The notes beneath the pieces are model-generated. The model did no database searches. It saw only the letters and a program-made list of their open reading frames with translations, and had not been told where the DNA came from. Of a stretch of 64,000 nt of DNA, positions 23,708 through 62,618 are shown piece by piece. The stretch comes from Tubiluchus corallicola (Eukaryota > Animalia > Priapulida): assembly GCA_030141605.1 (NCBI GenBank), contig JAQGDQ010000076.1:248001-312000 (forward strand), in the 5' to 3' direction. Position 1 is the stretch's first letter. The number at the start of each line of letters is the position of its first letter. Made by a program: the position numbers and the translations under genes.

Positions 23708-26700
23708 TTACCTGTATTTACTCAGCAATGTTTCTACTTCACTATGAGCAACTTGATCCTGTAAAATTGATACAAATAAAATGTTATAATTTAAGCAGTT
23801 ATCAACAGCATTTTCTTTTAGTTATATATATTTAGTTGGCTCACCATTCAAGGTGAAAAAAATTACACATAAATAATTGAAAAAGATGAAAAATAATTGA
23901 AAAAGAATAACTGTATAGGGCTATACTGCATCACAAAACCGCAGATAATAAAAACAGCCGCATCTTAGAACCATTTCAGCATGGTCCGATATTACTCCCA
24001 TAGAAACTGTTGCTAAGAAAATTCGGTTAATAAAACCTAAATGTTGTTTAATAAGACAACATTTTTCAGTAACAGGCAAAAAAAGCAATAGCAAAATGGA
24101 AAGATGTCAATTTTCTAAGATACAGTTGAAATTTAAGCTCCACTTCCTAGATTTACATCTTCTTATTAAAGTGACACTGCAAGTTGTTTCGTCCTAACCG
24201 CTCTGGATGTACAGCCGCTAAAGTACATTTTAGTCCATTAAATAAACTTAAATCATCGTTGAATGCTAGTCATTCTATAGGCATGCAAGTCATAATTGTC
24301 AAATATACGTGCTTGGCATGCAACAGGCCATCACATAATAAAACCACCATTCATTAAGACCACTCATTGGTCCCGTGGTGATTTTATTAAGCAGCAACTA
24401 CTGTATTAACTTGTTTTTTTTTCACCAAGTACAAACAGTCTAATTGGGCTGAAGTACTTATATTTTGGATCAAAGGAGGAATAGCCTAAAGGCAATCTTA
24501 AAGTTAAATAGCTAAATTAGAAACTTTTCTACTAATTAGTTTAAATAATTTGTTGACAGCATAACATCTGCTATGACAAAAGCAGTTTTGAATTCAGCCA
24601 GAGTTTAAACCGTGTAATGCTAAAGATATGAAATGATTGATCATTCTTTGTTGAAGTTAATCAACAACTAAAATGATTAGGTTACAATATCACCAACTGT
24701 TCTGATGGCACATGATTTATCACACAGACCCTTGTTTTTCTGCAGCACTATATAATGACGTCACACAGAATTTCCCATTTAAACCTACAGATATCAAAAA
24801 AGATTCTGTTTCGTAATAATTCTTAATCGATCAAATTGAAAGCATGCTTCCTTGTCAGTCTAGCAAGTTTTGTGGAAATCAGTAAAATGATCTACAATGA
24901 ACAGGTATGGTGAAGGACACATATGGCAGAGGTAAGCACTCAGTATTGTACGTAAACAATAGCCACTTACATCGGCATCATTAACAGGTAAATCGTAAGC
25001 TTTCTCTAACCACTTTACTGCCATAGTGTAGTCACTTTCTGCTAGGTAACACTGAAAACAAAATATACACATAATATGAGCTATATGCACATGCAGCAAT
25101 CTTATGAATAGAGCTCAGATATCCTGTAACTAAGCTGTAAGCTCACACAAATGTGCAGGACTTATGTCTTATTGATTATTGCACATAGCTATTCAAAAGT
25201 TGGATGGAACTAACTACTCAACTTAATACTTTATCACGTGACTGTGTACTGCAAAGACAAGAATTCAGATCTGCTCCTTCAGATCAGGTGCCAGCTTAGC
25301 AGCAGACCTAGCCACTAAAGTAGATCTAGCCCTTGGTTCAAATTCTGGCTATTTCACAATTTTTGGCATTTATCTTCTTTAGCAATTTAGATCACATACT
25401 GTTTCAGATAAGCACTACACAGCTAGGGTTTTTAATTTTTCATATTATAATGAAGAGCCATTATTGCAAAATCATATCACAGTAAGTTAGAATAACACCC
25501 CATTTAGAAACCATTGTCTAGTACGCCAAAAATTCCGTCATTTCTAGAGCCAGCGAAATTGCTTGAACTCGGAACCTTCAAGAACATTAACTATAATGTC
25601 TACTAGACGCATTTATTTGTGACACACTGAAGAGCTAAATGTGCACATGTAGAGCGAATGAATTTTGAGAATAGACAGTTGGAACTGAGATGACTAGATG
25701 AGATGTTAATAGACCTTGGAACTAGGGCTACAACTAAAACTGGAAGGACAAACACTGTAAGCAAAAGTAAAAACATCTGTTTGGTGTTTCCATTTCTAAT
25801 CAACAATGAGGTCCTGTCCAGAGCAGGGCATGCTCTGTTACTGATTAGCAAGCTGCAGATGAGATAGCGATGAATGGCAAAAAAACTGTGGAATGTGGAT
25901 ACAGTTCCACAGACATCATACACAATGCTTTTGGATTCTGCACATAAGTTAAAGCAGTGTAAGTTCAAGCACTTGGCCTAGAGTCGGAGACACATTGGAG
26001 GTATCCTCAAAGTACCTGAGAGAGGCAGAAAGCTGAAAAACTAAAATTGTATTGCTTTGAGGACAAAGTTGTTTTCTCCATGAGTACTTCCCTGGGAAAG
26101 ACAAACTTGTGTCTTCCATTCTGGGAAAATGAGGGAGCAAGTCTTAATAAATGAGGCTTTTTCATGAATGTATGAAAGCAGGAATACAAATTTTTCAATG
26201 TAGAAAAAAACATCAGCACCACTTTGTTTAATGAAACAAACACCATATTCAACAAAGACGTTACTCAATAATGTACTTTACAGCACTTGACAATAACTCA
26301 CATCATAGAAACTAAAAAATTCATCATTTAATGAATTGATTCTAATTTTCTCAGCTTTTCTATAAAGTGTAGTATAATTTAAAAATCTAAAAATAAAAAT
26401 ACCTTTGCGATGTATAACTGATTTTCTTTCCACGAGTTTGGCATCAACTGCTCTGCCTGAAATTTAATTTAATTAATGAAATAAATAATAACAAAGCAGG
26501 AAAAATCAGAAGATTTAATACCCGAACATAAATGTTTGCAAGGATAAATGCAGACAGACTAAAACGTCCAGACCTGGCTCATTAATTAAACAGCACTAAT
26601 CAGTGTAATTAATTTTTTTAAGAATGAAGTTCTTACCTATGTTTAAGCACTAAAATGCTAGTTATTGCAAGATTTTCGAAAAAGCTTCTAGCTACGTAAA

Positions 26701-29700
26701 ACTACACTAATTTACTGACAGACTGCCGAATGCTGAAACTGGTGCCTCTAGCAAGGCTGCGAATTACACCACCTCAGTCAATACAACTTTATACAAGGGA
26801 ATGCTGTACAACCTGTTATTATAGCAACTGATGTCTAGAGGATTCGACATTACCCTAAGACATAGTTGATCTGGATGCGCCCAGGACTTAAGTTGTACAC
26901 TGTAGCATTTACCGCTGTCTAGTGATGGCTTCAGTTCTGAAGTTAATCACAGACACTCTTCACAATCAATCCACGTCTACAATTACCATGGTTATTTGGG
27001 ACAAAACAGCTGTACATTAACTAGTGACATTACAATAAACACTTTGTCTTACTATTAGATTTTAATTATCAAATATAGCAGTTGTGAGCAGTAAAGTTCA
27101 TAAAACTTCTAATTTGCCTAAGCAATATTTATTTCTGTCCCCTGAAGCATTAACAAAGAGTATCAATATCATATCAAGTAGTATTTTTAGCGAAGAGTGA
27201 ATGGATAGCTACCAATATTGAACAACAGTATACCTTTAGTAAATATTCCTTTGATTCTTCTGTAGTTGCTTCTATTGACTCGGGCAGTAATGTGTTAGCT
27301 ACCTTTCTCTCAAACCATGTTAGCATCGCCACCTATCAGCAAAAGTAGAATTTCTCTGTAAATAAATAATCCTACCCAAAATCAGACACTACAGCCAAGT
27401 ACTGGATTTTTATTCAATAAAGTTTATGTAACGAAACTGTGCCAGTTAAGAAATTACTACATTATTGGAAATCACAGTAAACCTTAAAGAAGGCCAAGCG
27501 ATAATCTAAATTAATGCACATTGTCTCTGGCTTAATTTTTTACTTATTAAGCTATACTCAACTTTCATATTAAAGGCTTCACGGGTGCAGACAAATAGGC
27601 ACAATGCAAAGAAAGGTTATTTTTCTCAACAGAGATAAGCAGAATGATGATTAAGGTAATATGCAGTGCTATAAGCTATAAATGCGTGAATGGTACATAT
27701 TGTCATTTGACAGGTTGATGGCATGTTCATTTTACCGAGTAAGCCAAAACTCAGCTGCAACGCATCAATTTAAAAGCGCGTAAAACCGTGTTTGATATTT
27801 ATTTATTTATTTTAGTCACAAAAAAATTAACACGATAATAAAACAACAAAATAATAAAGATGCAACATAATAAATTGGCCAGGGAGACCTGCACAAGGTG
27901 AAAAAGACCACCGTATAACGTACAGACAACAAATTATACTATATCTTTAGCAATAAATAAAAAACAATTTTTGCACTAATCACATATCAAGCCACTTAGG
28001 GTATGCCAGTAAGTAAGAGTCAGCTAGTTTGGTGTTCATTTGAAAAACCACCATTCCCCATTTTTCAGCTATATTGCTGTACTATTGCTGAGATCTTGTT
28101 TAAACCGTCATCATTTGATTTCAAAAAAGTGAAAGTTTCGTATAACACATTGGCTGATTATTAATGTCTGATGGTCTGAGGTGTAATAACAATAATATTG
28201 CACTTTATCGGAACAGACTTTTGTTGTTTATAGAGATGCATACCTTTGTGAATGTTGTTTCACTTTATACAAGTTTATTTATTTTATTTCTATCACAGCT
28301 CGGCATACAAGCAATCAAGCATGGTGGTGCCAAAAATAACCCTGTCAAAGCTAATTGCAATTTTAATGATCTAAAACTGGCCTAAAACACATATAAACAT
28401 TTGCAAATGCGTTGAAAGTATTGTACTTACAGAATAACACCACCGACCAAGTAAATGCTGAACTAACGCATCTTCTGGATTCAGCCGAAGTGATATCTCA
28501 CAATGTTCCTAAATTTTTAAAAACGTGGTCCGCTTAAACTGTGCAAGTGAAAGACAATGTTAAGACAGTAATAACAATAATACCAGTTCATGTTTAAATT
28601 TCACCAACATAGTGAAAATGATTTTTAAATTCTAACCAATATGCCCTGCGGGATACATCATCTTACCTTGAACTGAAAACCATCCTTTATTTTCTGTTGA
28701 GTGCCAACATAATCAGATATACAACCTAGTGTAACAGCACACCTGAAAGTATAAAAAATGTTGGTAGTTATTGCTAATTATTAGGTAGTATAGCAACACC
28801 ATGCGTATACATGTGCTTTTCTATAATAAATATAATTCAGAGCATTTCAACTTTTAAATTACAGTTCATACTGTAGTATAGCTTACAGTGCACAATATAC
28901 ATTCGTTTTTTGAAACGTAGCATATAAAAAGCCAAATTTGCTAAAAAAAATGTCACTGACAAGGACGGGAAATATTCATGAGAAATTTTGCAAGTTTGAA
29001 GACCCATTTTTGGAAACGTGTGTGTGAAAGGAAATGTGAGTAATAATGCTCATAGACTCATGCTGGTGCACTTTTATAAATAAATGGTAAGAGATGACAG
29101 ATTCATTTTTAAATTTAGTTTGCAGGACAGCACTGTATAATGGGTCAAGATACCGTTCAACTATCAATAGTGATACCATCCTGTATGCTTAGCAGGAAAA
29201 TGGCATACATCAGCAGAGATACTGGCAGATTTCATTTTAAACTTCTCTTAAATTGATTAAATAAAAAGGACCAACACACTGGCACAATATTACAACAATT
29301 TATGCATCTTGTTAAAAAAATAAAATCAGATATAATGGAAAACATGCAAACTTCCCTCTAACTTACATCAAATTCAGACAAATATAGAAAACTATAGTCT
29401 GCTTGCCTCCTGCAAACAAAAGTTCGTATTCCAAAACAAACAGCTTCACAAGCTTGCAATAATTTTATACATCTGCTTACCATTTGTGGATTTCAGCTGA
29501 TTTGCTCTTCAATGCTAGTGCAGCATACGCGTAATCTTTGGCTATAACATAATGAAACGAAGTCAAACAACAATTTACAAAAGTAAATCAAATCTTTTAA
29601 TGATGCACATATGATATGAAATGACAAACCACACATACCTTTAAAACATAATTCTTTTTTCACTTCTTCACCCTGTTCTAGGCCAGCCACTCGGGCATAA

Positions 29701-31096
29701 TAATGTGTTGCTTTAGCAAGCCTGAGCATAAATTCTGCATCTTGTTCATTCTGAAATTGCAAATGATGTTATATCACACATAAATCATTCAGCTCTAAAA
29801 TTATGAGCTTAAAAATAGTTATTTCAATTGTTATTGTGCTTATTTGCTGTTCAGATAGTATCCAAAAAAGTACAATACCCAGAATTATAAGTTTTGTACA
29901 AACAAGTACAAGATTCACAAGAAATGCAACACAGTGTCAAAGAATAAAATTTGGAGGTTTCAATGTAAACAAAGATTTAATATATGATAGCATTAAACAC
30001 ATGTTAAACCAGCTCTCTACGACTTTAAAAAATTAAACAAGAAACAAATGAAGGAAATTTCACAACAAAAACCTGGGGTGATATCGACTGCTCCATAAGA
30101 TTGTACGCCCAAGTTTTGTCATCATTGTCTCCCTCTAACAGCTTATCAATGTTTGCAAAGAAATCAGAATCTTTTCGACCCACATCCCCATTAGCAGAAA
30201 TCTCACTGCTGTAGCCTGGCAACACAAGCGGCTCTCTGTAAAAAAAGCGAATTACTTTGAATAAAACAGTTAAATAAACATTTTACTGAATATCTGCATG
30301 TCTATAAACATAAAACACCAGCAACGCTGCAGCTGTTATTAAAGCAACACTCTAGAAAGATGCAATGTCGAGTGGCTGATACCAAAGCTTGAAGTTATAC
30401 AAGTTTAAGCCCAACAAGTGTGTGAGATTAGGCTCACTTTCCTGATGTGCAACCTCTTATTATGATAACTCATAGTATTGTTGCTCACAGTGCATCAATT
30501 TGTTTCCATTTTATTGTGCTTACAGCAGACATACACAACTACCAAAGCTGTGGCGAGTTTGAACTAAAGAAACAAGTTAAAAATGTGATAAGTTCTGGGA
30601 AAATAAAGGTGTTGTTTATCGCTATTGGGCCAACCTTAAACCACTGCCCTGGAGGTTCACAATTGGGAAGAATATTTTGTGCCAACATAAAGTAGGCTAA
30701 GTAAATAAACTGGTAAGGTCGCACGAAATTAGTTTGCAAAGGCATGATTAACTAATAATACTAAACAAGAATAAATTAACTGCTGTACTACCCTTCCAAA
30801 GCTTCGAAAAACTCATCTTCACTTGACGCACGGCTTCGGTGTATGGAAAAATAGCCAGAATTTGTTCGACTGGAAGTTAGACGTGTACCTTGCACTAGTT
30901 CTCGTAGTTCTTTTACATTTTGTCTTATTTCTTCTACGGATTGAGCAACACATCTAAGGTCATTTGCTAATTTATTTGATTGGCGTGAATCTCTCAAATA
31001 GCTAGTCAACAGAATTGCACTCGTAGCGCCTATACAAACGCCAGCGCATACTCCAACAGTGGCAATTGTTACTTCTCTATTACTGCTTAAAGGCAT
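23708..31096 (-). CDS. RMDN: Regulator of microtubule dynamics family protein (RMDN2/RMDN3-PTPIP51-like): TM anchor, coiled coil, FFAT, TPR domain; 359 aa, 10 exons
   Basis: Exons 31096-30792, 30235-30073, 29750-29639, 29541-29481, 28742-28667, 28508-28431, 27332-27234, 26456-26403, 25051-24971 and 23758-23708. All introns are GT-AG with consistent phases, and the total is 1080 nt. RMD-family motifs are present: EFMLRLAKA, AEIHKWCAVTLG..YVGTQQKIKDGFQFKEH, HLLGRWCYSVAMLTWFERKVA and WKENQLYIAKCY. Confidence 0.92.
25600..26260 (-). mobile_element. Possible decayed non-LTR retrotransposon C-terminal fragment in an RMDN intron
   Basis: The interrupted translation ..CLRL*AKCLNLHCFNLCAESKSIVYDVCGTVSTFHSFF resembles the RLRLG..LN.HL....C..CG..T..H zinc-knuckle region of LINE ORF2. 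Confidence 0.35.
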
Positions 31097-31428
31097 AATT
31101 ACTAAAGTACAATCAGCTATGCAACATCTTTGCTTTACTATTGGTACTACATGAATTCAATAAAAAATTTGTGAACTCGAGAAAACCATACAACCACAAC
31201 CGAGTGACAAGCTATGACAACATTGTACTGCGCTACCTATGGTTGAAAACTTAAACGAAAATACTAAGGAAAACTATGCAACAGGGGGCGCTACAAGATC
31301 AAAACTTCAAAAAGCAGAGAGCAGCTCGGCAGTCAGCAAACTCACCTGTTTTCACGTGGCTGTCAGCAGCCGATCATAACTCTACTAAGGTTGGAAAGAG
31401 CAGACTAGACTTGGAGATATCTCTGCAG
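31097..31428. promoter_or_regulatory. Putative bidirectional promoter between RMDN (-) and calpain (+), including a non-coding calpain first exon ending at 31428
   Basis: Only about 330 bp separate the RMDN ATG from a + strand donor CAG|GTAAAC at 31428, whose matching acceptor CTGCAG is at 31618. The interval contains AGGGGGCGC (31283) and CACGTG (31353). Confidence 0.55.
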
Positions 31429-31663
31429 GTAAACAGTTTTATTAGTGTTGGACTAAAGTGAAAGTAGCACTGTGGTGTAATCACACGCTTTTTGAGGATT
31501 TGCAAAAAAAAAAAAATCATGAACTTTATTCCTTGTCAGCTTGTTTGTGATTCTGCTAATCATTGTTTTTGTACATCTAAATTGCAGTACGCAGGTGGTA
31601 CGTTTGTCTCAACTGCAGCTAATTCGTAATTGATTGAACATATAGTACATCAGAATTTTCACT

Positions 31664-57454
<25,791 letters not shown>

Positions 57455-58348
57455 AATGTGGCATCACAGCTTTTGCTAGCACACAACTTAACATCAAGGC
57501 TCTTGAGCAGCTTTGGGCAGTACCTTAAAATGTTACTAATTTTAGAATATTAGAATCACACTGGAGTTAGTTGTATTTTTAGCATCTTTGTATAATATCT
57601 CATAATTTAAATATTATATAATAGTTCTAGCTGTGGACTAGTCTGTAAATTGTAAGCGAATTTAAAAAAAACATTGTAGGAAGTTGTTTCTTTTACCAAA
57701 TTACGTGATAATTCCATCAAAAATGATTACTAGAGATTTTCCGTTTTCATAATTTTATTTTTTCTAATACACTGGAAAAACTTTTAACGTCTAGCTATCC
57801 TGGACAAGTTTTTATCATAACTTTTTGCATAGTCGTCATTTTTGCTTTCAACTAACTTTTTCTGAGAACAGCAATTTACAGTTTGCAGTTTTGGCCATTA
57901 AAAATCAGGCTTTGTGCTCTTCTGCTTTTCTGGCTGTTATAGCTTTTTCCATGCAGTAAAAATTTAAGCACCCTAAAATGATAATTCTCTTTCCTATGTA
58001 AGCAATGATTATATGCATTTTTTGCATATATGCAATATTCAGTATCACTTAGTTATTATGCAAATTAGTCCATAAACTATAACAAATAACTGTATGTTTT
58101 CTTTTTAACTTATTGTTTATTATTATTTATAATAATAATAGTAACAATGTTTAGACTGCCTATACTTTGGTGGGGGTAGCTTGTGGCACTTTCTACTATG
58201 TTACAATAGGCCTTGTGTAAAAAAAGCTAACATAACCCAAGGCACTTTTCCATATTTTTGCTCTTATTGAATGATGTTATGACCATGACGTTTCTATCTA
58301 GGTTTCAAGTGTAAGACTGATTTGTGAAAAGAATGATTGATATGTAAG

Positions 58349-58740
58349 TAGTAGTGGGACTGATTAATCAGTTTAACTGATTGTTATTGATTAGGGCATT
58401 GTGATTGATGATTTCCAATTATCAATTATTTTTTCAGCTGCAGATGCAAATCGATTACATTACCAATACTATTCTCAACTTATTTTTTGGAAAACCCACA
58501 AAAAAATGCATGAGAAATATAGGTGTCTTGTAGTAAAATTAAGTAATATGGTGCTGCCTTTCACAGTAGCTAAGCAGGCTAGCTGGCATTGCTGCTTAGA
58601 TGTGAAGGTAGCATGAACAGGCAATTTTCATGTGTGCGTACTTTCTTGTCAAATAGCAGAAAACTGACCTTAATTGATTATCAAATCAGTTTCATATCCA
58701 ATTAATTGGTTATGAAAATGAAACTGATGTCCCGTCACTA
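58349..58740. mobile_element. hAT-type MITE
   Basis: Ends TAGTAGTGGGAC / GTCCCGTCACTA, 8-bp flanks TATGTAAG / TCTGTAAG (7/8 identical), and subterminal TGATT/AATCA repeats. Confidence 0.6.
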
Positions 58741-61700
58741 TCTGTAAGAATTCATGTTCATATAGTAGCATTTTGTCCATATCTTGTCTTACTTTAGGTG
58801 TTGTACATGTAATTGCATGTAGTATTTATTCATGGATTTAGTCATATATATAGATAGATAAAACCTGAATTTTTCATTTTTGTTTGTCTTCCAGTTGTTA
58901 TAAAACTGTCTTTTGTAGCACAGCAAATGTATCTTCTGCTGTTACAAGCTATCTAACAGAGTTAATTTCTGTTTGTTATATTTCACTATATTGTTTAATT
59001 TTGTATGCTGAAAGTATTGTTCTGTTATTGTATTTATAAATCCGTTTTAGAGCTTAAAATTTGAAATTTGTTAACTTTAATAGGTAAAAAATCAACCTTG
59101 ACAAACCTCTCACAACTTATATTTGTGGTCAATGTAGAACGAAAATTGTTTTTCTGAGAAAAATTGTTGTGTTGTGGCTGATCCGCCTTGAGAAATTTGT
59201 TCTTTTTCACATTTTTGTCGTTATTTTTACTTTTTTCGTTTACTGTCTTAATTCCTGCATACTTACAGTACACTAAGCCATTCCGCATAGCCAATACTAT
59301 ATTCTCTGACTAGGCCTATTCTTGCTAAAATAGCATGACATAAAATAAAGTTGTATTTCTGGTAACATGCATGGAAATAATAAAAAAATATGTATTTTCT
59401 CTTTTTTACAACTTTTTGAAAATCTGTTAAGGGATTTATGAAAGTCTTAACGTAATGTAAATTTTAACTTAAATGATATCTTTTTGAGTAATAATGTATT
59501 TCTTCTTTAAGGTCATTTTTGTTTATTTGGTATTTTGCACATCAGCTATATACATCTATATTGTAAAAGTCCATGGCCACATTTCCAAAAAATTAACTGC
59601 TTTTGTGACTAGAACAATGAGAACATCTCAGCAAATGCAAAAAAATGTGCCAGGTTGTTTCCACAATATGGGTTAATTACTTGAAAAACTGCTACATTTT
59701 GCTTTGCTGAATGGATTTTTAAATAAAAAAGATAGGAAAAACAAAGTGAATATGTGCATATGTGCAACATATATAATATTGTTTTTTAGATATGTTGTAT
59801 GTTGTTCTGACTATTATGAATATTTTTGTGATCAACACTGCATGTGCTATACAGCTTGTGCAAATGTGCATTCCTTATTGAGTGATTATCTTAGTAACAG
59901 CTGCATAATTAAGAATAAGAAGCTTTGTTAGTATGATATATACTGTAGAAGAATTAGCAGCATGAGAGTTGTGTGGAAAAGTAGCTTAGGCTTTTAATGT
60001 CTTCAATTCTCTCATAATATATGGCTCACAGAGAACGTATTTTGTGAAACGGGCTCTTCCAATAGTCAGATCTGATAGAGGAACATAACTAAGCTGTGTG
60101 ACTGGAACTAAATTCCTAGTTATGGTTCCTGCTACTTATCGACTGCTTTATATATGCAGTGAATAATTTTTGTTATTATAAAAAAATGTTTTCTAAAGTT
60201 GTTAAATGCACTGCTTTTCTTTATTTCTACACTCAAGCATTTACTGAAGTCATTATTTCAGATAAGAGTAGTAATGTAGGATATTTTTTATTATTTTAAA
60301 AAAAAATGTGGTCTATAACTAGTATCTTAATGTAATAGAAAAATGAAAATATGTTGTTGACTTATTACGCCTACCACACCTAGGTGTTTTTGATTGTACA
60401 CCTGTTAGTGTAACCTATTTTTTGTAGTGCACGTACATGGCTGTATAAATTAGTTAAGATAGGTAGTTTTAAAATTTATAGTTTTGTTGTTGGAAGTCAA
60501 CTGCTTGTAATTTGAAGCTGTTTTCATAAGTGATTGGATTTATTTTTGAAATTCGCTGGATTTTTTTCTCTATTTCGCTGTTTGTATAATGGCATTAAAA
60601 TTTATCATAATTAAACCGGATGTGGATGTCAGATTCAGATATAGTTTCGTTGCTTATTTCAATGTCCAATGGTTCAAACTTCATAAATTAGTACAATTTT
60701 AAGCCGTTTAAAAATGCTTAAGGAAAGGGTGGTGAAAGACCAAATGAATCACCAAGACAAACCTTCCTTATATTATTGGAGATTAGTCAGCCCTACTGCC
60801 CAACCATTAAACAAATTTACAATAGTTCAATTAAATAACGTATACAACGATCATTATTGAGTTCAAAAGAATCTTTGTCAGCACTACACTATGCTCACTC
60901 AATAAAGAATCAACAGCCTTTACTTCTTATTTTATTTATTCACACCGTATATATATATATATATGTTCTACTATATAAAGCTTATACAATAGACTTGTTG
61001 TATGTTGAATACAATGTTGAAGATTTTGTAGGTGAGCAGAAAAAAATGCTATGTGAAATAAATATATATAAGGAAGATGAGTCGAACGAGTGGAAAAAAT
61101 GAAGAAATGTATCACACTGGTATGAATTTGTGAAGAGAGTGAAAAATTGGAATGGAAAAGATATTAATGGTCAATATTAGAAAATAGTGACTTAGTGAGT
61201 GAAATGTTGAGGGATGAAAAAAATCGAGATGTTTGAGTGACATAGAAGGATTAAGTGAAAACGGGCTGAAATCGAATGTAAAAGTGAGATTAGAATAGAA
61301 TTAAACAAATTATGAAACAAGTTTATTTGTCTCAAAATCTCATTCCATTTACATATACACTATTTAATCACACAATTCGCTAAACACAAGCAGAACGAAA
61401 AATATTGAGACAACATGGCAATGTAGGCTTGCTACAACATTGTACCAACATTTTTGACACTATTTTTTCCATATTAATGTTATGATTACAATTAGTTACA
61501 ATATGGTTACGATTTTAATTGTATAGAGACGGAGTGCATTATAGAATACCATGATGGTTACCTAGCAGCCATCCCAATTTATAAAACATTAATATTTATT
61601 TGGTTAAGTATAACTATATGAAGCTAAACATGACCGAAGTGAAGTCGAATTATAGAAACAAGCATCGAGATTTGAACTTATTGTCCATTGTGTAAAAAGA

Positions 61701-62226
61701 GGACGGAAAACTTATCAACGTTCAGTCGCCGATAGTGTATAAGCAGGTGAATAGAATGGGTGTTCAAAAGAAGCAAGGTTTGTTAAGTAACGAAATAGAA
61801 GTGCTAATTAGACTAAACAAACAATAAATAATTAAGATATGAGTGTGAGGCAAAAGATGGATTTAAATTAAAAAATAATATGTTATGACGTTTAATAATT
61901 TGGCTTGCTCACTATTAATCAATTATTTTGGCTTTGTGGCTGTTGCGCCTGCCTGAAACCTTTAAAACAGAGTAGCCTCTGTGGAACCGCTTGTCATTGT
62001 AAAATAAGATATTTGTAAATGTTAAGATGTGACCGCTCTTTAAAAAATTAAAATTCCACTCTTTCAAAATTCCGCTGACAGCACATTAGATGCATTGAAT
62101 ATTTAGGCGCCACGTGTTTGTGTACTAAATGCTACCACCGTTTTATGAATTAATTTTACTGCCAAAGCACTAAAGTAACTGCAATTTTCGGGGTGCACCA
62201 ACTTGATAACCTTGAAAACCCCCATG

Positions 62227-62439
62227 CAGGGCCTATTTCAGCCTAGGCGAGGCCTGGGGAAGTGGGGCGTGTGGCATGGTTGGCACCCAGAAAATTTTTG
62301 AACTGCTAGAACGCCGGAGAAGCATTTTCGAAGAGAAAATATGGAGTTATACAGTTGTTAAAGGAAAGAATAATTGAAAGAAAAACTGCTTTATTCTCAA
62401 GACCAGTCCTTAATACTTGTCAATACTGGCGCGTGCGGC

Positions 62440-62496
<57 letters not shown>

Positions 62497-62618
62497 GGAG
62501 ACAGGAGGCAGCACGTTCGCATAAAGCAAAAAAATGTTACCTTGGCGTGATGCCCCCCTGGAGGGTGAGGCCCCGGGGAAGTATCCCCACTTCCCCCCCC
62601 CCCTTGAAATAGGCCCTG
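62227..62618. mobile_element. hAT-type MITE with an internal (GA)n tract
   Basis: Perfect 14-bp TIRs CAGGGCCTATTTCA / TGAAATAGGCCCTG, 8-bp flanks CCCCCATG / TCCCCATG, GGGGAAGT subterminal repeats and (GA)n at about 62441-62492. Confidence 0.85.

Noticed and set aside
61320-61900. Possible LINE 3' remnant on the minus strand
   Set aside because: No convincing RT-associated motif could be read.
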